From NCBI GenBank assembly GCA_964648855.1, contig CAZYLT010000013.1:50147-82146 (forward strand): a DNA stretch of 32,000 nt, read 5' to 3'. Both the position numbers and the translations under genes were made by a program. Under the pieces are notes generated by a model. That model saw nothing but the letters and a program-made list of their open reading frames with translations. It did no database searches and was not told the origin of the DNA. Below, one piece after another: positions 27,650 through 32,000 of this stretch; within the stretch, counting starts at the first letter, position 1; the number at the start of each line of letters is the position of its first letter. This DNA is from an uncultured archaeon. Lineage in GTDB: Archaea; Asgardarchaeota; Thorarchaeia; Thorarchaeales; Thorarchaeaceae.

Positions 27650-27671
27650 GGCAGCAGGGAAACTTGCTGCC
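27650..27671 (+). terminator. GNRA-capped hairpin after the histone gene
   Basis: GGCAGCAGG-GAAA-CTTGCTGCC 9-bp stem with one G-U pair. Confidence 0.6.
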
Positions 27672-27708
27672 CCCACTTTCCAATTCTGCTTAGTTGTCGC
27701 TTGATAGA

Positions 27709-28632
27709 TTATCGCGGCTCAATGTCTGCCTGTTTCATCAGGTAATCAAATACGCTCTTCCAAATCTTCCCATCATCGCGGGCCTTGTTCTCAAAGTTGT
27801 TGATATTGACGAATCTCTGCAGTGCTTTCTCTGCCTCTCCAGGAAACTCATCTTTGCTAATAGAGGAAAGGTAGTCCAATTCAACCAGCGCCTCCTGAAT
27901 CTTCTGGGATACCTGCCCCTCAATATCTAACAGGTCACTTGGGTTTTCTCGACTTAGAAGAGTCATATCGTAGAGATTGAAGATTCGTTCCAGCTCGCGA
28001 ATAGGATATGGATGGTCGTCTACGCGAACATCAACGTACCGGTCATTACCACCCTCATATCCGCCTGCTTCTCTCACGACCAAGATGGCAGCCGACTGCT
28101 TCCCTCTTCTATCGCCACCAGCAGCCTGTCCCGCTTTCAAAGCTGCAAAAAGCTTGTCAATAAGATCTCCAGATTTGTCTTCATATGCCTTGCTCATGTC
28201 GCCAACCACATCTGGACCGGTGAGAATGTTCCCTTGGCAGCAGTATCCGTCACCTACGACATGCCCAGCCCACTCCATGCATTCAGACCCGGTATGAACC
28301 GCAACTTCTCCCGATCCATCAACAATTCCGACCTGTCTGTGGTCCGACCCTTGATCTTGACCCAATAGCAGATTGAGGGTCTCTTCTACAGACTTTCCCT
28401 CAGACAAATACTCCAAGCCATCAGGGCCATAGGCCGCATTAGCCCATGCCTGAGTTGCAATGGCGCCTACATTGGCTTTTGCCCATGGAACTATTGCGCC
28501 TACCGCAGGGAATTTTGACTGAACAGCAATTCCAAGGTCTCCATTGTCGGGGTCTCTTGCTACTATTGAAAACGTAGACAATCTTACAGATGAGTCACGC
28601 TGGATACTCTTCTTCATCCTCATAGTCTCCAA
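27709..28632 (-). CDS. DUF1028 (Ntn-hydrolase-like) protein with C-terminal putative peptidoglycan-binding-like domain
   Basis: TFSIVARD, GAIATQA, QGNIL, GGDRRGKQSAA and DVRVDDH motifs; true start may be TTG 28581. Confidence 0.92.
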   Translation of the reverse strand: METMRMKKSIQRDSSVRLSTFSIVARDPDNGDLGIAVQSKFPAVGAIVPWAKANVGAIATQAWANAAYGPDGLEYLSEGKSVEETLNLLLGQDQGSDHRQVGIVDGSGEVAVHTGSECMEWAGHVVGDGYCCQGNILTGPDVVGDMSKAYEDKSGDLIDKLFAALKAGQAAGGDRRGKQSAAILVVREAGGYEGGNDRYVDVRVDDHPYPIRELERIFNLYDMTLLSRENPSDLLDIEGQVSQKIQEALVELDYLSSISKDEFPGEAEKALQRFVNINNFENKARDDGKIWKSVFDYLMKQADIEPR

Positions 28633-28707
28633 ATCAAATGAAGCATACTTGCATAATCCATTATAGTGCCGAGAAATAAATGTGGTGCAGGGGGCTTAGA
28701 GGCTTCA

Positions 28708-28974
28708 TCACTTCTTTTGCATATGCGAGGAAAAAGACTCGTCTTTCCCATCACGAGTAAAGATTCTATCAGATGGAATTGCTTTTCCCGGACCGAATAC
28801 ATACTTGGCGGGTTCGTATTCGCAATCAAGAAGTGACGCCTTCCACATGTCGCGCCTCTCAGTAGTTCTGAAAGCTCTTTGACGCTCTACTTGCTTTGCT
28901 TCGATGTAGGTGCTATATGCAATTAGGATTAGAATCAAGACTATGATTCCACCTAGCAAGTATGATATCAACAT
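28708..28974 (-). CDS. small single-pass membrane protein
   Basis: N-terminal TM helix followed by a charged domain. Confidence 0.65.
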   Translation of the reverse strand: MLISYLLGGIIVLILILIAYSTYIEAKQVERQRAFRTTERRDMWKASLLDCEYEPAKYVFGPGKAIPSDRIFTRDGKDESFSSHMQKK

Positions 28975-29123
28975 GATGATTAACTATAGTTTATACTGCA
29001 TATAATTCTTGTGGGGGGTGATGTAAATACGCCCGCCAGAAGGGTTTCAAAGGTTGGATTGTGGTAAATATTCCCAATAGATAACGAAAAGATAATTACC
29101 ATACGAAGCAAGACATTCTTAGC

Positions 29124-30095
29124 ATGAGGGTACTAGTAACAGGAGCCTTCGGTAATGTTGGTGAGAGTGCATTACTGGAGATATTGCCCCGAGGAATGGA
29201 TGTAATTGCTTTTGATGTGCCGACCAAACAGAACAGGGAGGTCTACGAAGGCCTAGCTGATAACTCGAATCTCGATGTTGTATGGGGAGACATCAGGGAT
29301 CGAGAATTGGTGTCAAGGACGATTTCTAATGATTTGGATTGTATAATCCATCTCGCAGCGATAATACCTCCAGCAAGCGAAGCTAATCCACAACTGGCAC
29401 ACGAGGTTAATGTTGGAGGTACTCGTAACCTGTTGGATGGCGTCGCATTTAGTAGCTCGAAGCCAAAGTTCGTCTATGCTAGTTCAATTGCTACATATGG
29501 TCACTGTGATGGCTCTGGCCCTCCTCGGTCAGCTTCAGATCCACAAATTGCCACAGATAATTATACATCTCACAAGATTGAATGCGAAGGACTAGTCAAG
29601 GAGAGCGGTTTGCCGTGGACTATTCTTCGGTTTGGAGTTGTCACACCTTTGACGCTGGATAGTAATATTGACCCCATCATGTTCGAAATCCCACTTGACC
29701 AGCGGATTGAATTCGTCCATACACGGGATATCGGTCTTGCTGTAGCAAACGCAGTGACTGCAGCATCAGAGGGAAAAATATTGCTTCTTGGAGGCGGGGA
29801 GGATTGCAGAATGTATTACCGCGACTTTGTGAAGGCACTCTTAGAAGCGATGGGTGTGGGAATGCTGTCCGAATCCGCTTTCAAGCAACCAACATGTCCG
29901 GAGGACTATTTCCATACGGATTGGATGGACAGTCGAGAGGCCCAAGAGATTCTCCAATACCAAACCAGAAGTTTTGAACAGTTTCTAGAGGACTATCGAA
30001 AATTGCTTGGACCTAGCAGGTATCTAGTTAGACTACTGAAACCACTGATAAGGTGGAGGTTACTTTCACAGTCCCCATATTACAAGAAGGATTGA
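29124..30095 (+). CDS. NAD-dependent epimerase/dehydratase (extended SDR)
   Basis: VTGAFGNVG, IHLAA, VNVGGT and YTSHK (YxxxK) motifs. Confidence 0.92.
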   Translation: MRVLVTGAFGNVGESALLEILPRGMDVIAFDVPTKQNREVYEGLADNSNLDVVWGDIRDRELVSRTISNDLDCIIHLAAIIPPASEANPQLAHEVNVGGTRNLLDGVAFSSSKPKFVYASSIATYGHCDGSGPPRSASDPQIATDNYTSHKIECEGLVKESGLPWTILRFGVVTPLTLDSNIDPIMFEIPLDQRIEFVHTRDIGLAVANAVTAASEGKILLLGGGEDCRMYYRDFVKALLEAMGVGMLSESAFKQPTCPEDYFHTDWMDSREAQEILQYQTRSFEQFLEDYRKLLGPSRYLVRLLKPLIRWRLLSQSPYYKKD

Positions 30096-30103
30096 ATCTG
30101 GAG

Positions 30104-30469
30104 CTAATCATTTCGCGCGAGTGTGAAGTCTTGTGCACAATTCTGGCAGGTTAGTGTTGGTTCCTCGTTTTCCGCGACGTCATAATGATAGCCTGCTGCG
30201 CAATGAGAACATTCGAAATAGACCCCGTGAGGCCTTCGCGAATCCGGGATTATCATTGTCCCGGAATTAGTACATCTAGTACCCTAAAGATAGGTAATAG
30301 TAAGCAAATTCAAAGCCAAGAGGCACCTATTTCGGGTCCAGAAGTTGGGAAAATCCTCGGTCCATGCAAGTTCATGACTGCTAATCATATACCCTGCTTT
30401 CATCTCCTCGCCAAAAAAGGGGCATATCCCCCCATCTGTATACGAACTTGGATTCTTACTCTGCTCCAT
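30104..30469 (-). pseudogene. PF20097-like plus zinc-ribbon gene interrupted by an in-frame TAG at 30284-30286
   Basis: CPFFGEEMKAGY...YL*GTRCTNSG...CSHC...CQNC all in one frame. Confidence 0.65.
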
Positions 30470-30617
30470 TGATGGGACCTGTTACTAGACTGAAACTGGA
30501 AAATAAACTGGTTCGTAAAATTACCATTGTTAGGGCAGATAGGAATGCAAATCCGTCAGCTGATAGTGAGGAGAGAGCGCTTGACGGGTGATTGCAAAGG
30601 TTTGATTGGAGGACTGA

Positions 30618-30902
30618 TTATTTCAATTTGAGATATTTCCCATCCATAACTCTAGCAACATACTTGCGCCCCTTCAGTACCCACATGATCTCATGTCCAT
30701 CTCGTGCTTTCTCTGCCCAGTGTGAGTCTTTGTTTGGATTCTGCTCCAGGAAAGTAAACCCTCTAATAGCAAATTTGCGCAGTTTGCTGCGTGAAGTTCG
30801 CTCCATTTCATAGACTTCGCCGTCAATCTCCACTGAGTCCTTGTCTTGGAAAATAGCATCAAAAACCTTCGGCGCAACACTCTCAAGGTCTTCTTCATTC
30901 AA
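30618..30902 (-). CDS. hypothetical protein
   Basis: EQNPNKDSHWA..AR.GH.IMW segment; likely TTG start at 30902 because the track start overlaps the nitroreductase. Confidence 0.75.
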   Translation of the reverse strand: MNEEDLESVAPKVFDAIFQDKDSVEIDGEVYEMERTSRSKLRKFAIRGFTFLEQNPNKDSHWAEKARDGHEIMWVLKGRKYVARVMDGKYLKLK

Positions 30903-31005
30903 TTTGAAACACGAAAGGAAAATCCCCTTGACGGGAAATAGGTCTTTTGAAAGGATTCGCAGACTGCCAATGCTCAAGGATTCAATCAATGTGCGACGAA
31001 TTTCA

Positions 31006-31572
31006 TCATATATCGTACTTGCCGAAGAAGAAATTCGCCTCGGGAGGTTTTCTCGTTCGTGCATGAGTGATTTTTTCTTTTATTCTATCCATGAGCTTAT
31101 CCTGAAGCCTTTCAACATCGCCCTCATATCCGAGGGCAAAGAGCACAACAACTCTGAAATTTTCAGGAAAGCGTAGAGCCTTCTTCACTTTAGATTCATT
31201 ATATCCAGCCATCTGATGAACACGCAGTCCTTGGTGTTCGGCTTCGATAACTAGATTCATCACACTGAGCCCAAGATCGTATGCATAGTATGGTATATCG
31301 TTCGTGCTACAACCCTCTTTGGGATTCGCGGCAACAGCAACAAGATACGGAGCTGATTTTGCATATCCATTTCCAAGACTAAGTGCAGACTCCAGCCCGC
31401 TTCTACTCGAATCGGATTTATCCACAAAAACGTAATTCCATTCTTGGTTGTTGAAGCAGGAGGGGGCCCACCTGGCAGCCTCTATCAGGAGGTCGATCTT
31501 CTCCTTCTCAAGCTCTCTGTCTTCAAATACAATGATGCTCTTCCTATTTCGTATCTCTGGCAGAATTTCCAT
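31006..31572 (-). CDS. nitroreductase family protein
   Basis: RKSI..F, EAARWAPSCFNNQEW, D.G....NL.IEA...GL and ALGY motifs. Confidence 0.94.
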   Translation of the reverse strand: MEILPEIRNRKSIIVFEDRELEKEKIDLLIEAARWAPSCFNNQEWNYVFVDKSDSSRSGLESALSLGNGYAKSAPYLVAVAANPKEGCSTNDIPYYAYDLGLSVMNLVIEAEHQGLRVHQMAGYNESKVKKALRFPENFRVVVLFALGYEGDVERLQDKLMDRIKEKITHARTRKPPEANFFFGKYDI

Positions 31573-31738
31573 ATAGTATTGTATTCAACGGGGCTATAAT
31601 AATCATGTTAACCCCATGACGGCTTCATTTAGGAACAGACAAAATTGCTTGTATTGCGTTAATCTGAGAGGTATTAATAGGATAATCCCCTTCTCTTCCA
31701 CCAATCAATAGGGAGAATGGACCTTGAACAAGCAAATA

Positions 31739-32000
31739 ATGAAACGCAGTCTATCTCGATTCATTCTTATTTTATCAGTGGTCTTTCCGCTCTTTGTAAT
31801 GCCAGTTAAAGCAAACGCATCGACTCCGGCCGCTTCCGCAATTGAAGCACCCTCAATTGAGTGAACCTGGGATTTTGTTTCTCTTCTCTATCCTGACCAA
31901 TACCTGAATAATTCCATGGTGATAGAAGAAGTTTCTGGGTCTTGATATACTGGAAACCATTAGTAGGTGAATTCGACCTCGCTTGGTTCAGTTGTCAGAG
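31739..32000 (+). pseudogene. decayed secreted-protein gene (signal peptide followed by in-frame stops)
   Basis: MKRSLSRFILILSVVFPLFVMPVKA signal-like N-terminus, TGA at 31862 and 31943, then TAG. Confidence 0.45.

Noticed and set aside
30903-31064. N-terminal extension of the 148-aa track ORF
   Set aside because: Overlaps the nitroreductase 3' end and a likely promoter; TTG 30902 is a better start
525-31176. Numerous 60-135 aa track ORFs overlapping confident genes
   Set aside because: Antisense or alternate-frame shadows without recognisable motifs
1-32000. Transposases, integrases, CRISPR arrays, rRNA and tRNA genes
   Set aside because: No such motifs or regular repeat-spacer structure were seen by eye

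Overview
Archaeal genomic window of mid-40s %GC by eye, with GAGGTGA-type ribosome-binding sites and TATA-type promoters. The longin-domain, V4R-like and histone genes suggest an Asgard archaeon, most plausibly Thorarchaeota; this is inference and no search was run. Most of the window is a mosaic of housekeeping and stress genes: Ser/Thr dehydratase, MutY-like glycosylase, LDH2-family dehydrogenase, DUF362, MsrB, UvsE, pirin, MBL hydrolase, Mth938-like, AmrS radical SAM, ICMT-family, MscL, TspO-like, Nth, flavodoxin, a heterodimeric ABC exporter, an ArsR-like regulator, DUF1028, an SDR and a nitroreductase. Reading the raw sequence reveals three genes absent from the ORF track: a CTG-initiated histone (27429-27626), a 20-aa lysine-rich microprotein with a strong SD and a structured leader (5829-5891, minus strand), and a DUF1059 protein. 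The best candidate for an undescribed system is the cluster at 17355-20084, which pairs a putative three-longin/roadblock-domain protein with a V4R/MetOD-like protein carrying an internal duplication; this is the fold pairing of the eukaryotic TRAPP core. Other oddities are an MscL with its cytoplasmic helix moved to the N-terminus, a 3x14-aa insertion in an ABC NBD, a multi-TM pseudo-histidine kinase and several decayed genes. No rRNA, tRNA, CRISPR array or IS element was recognised.
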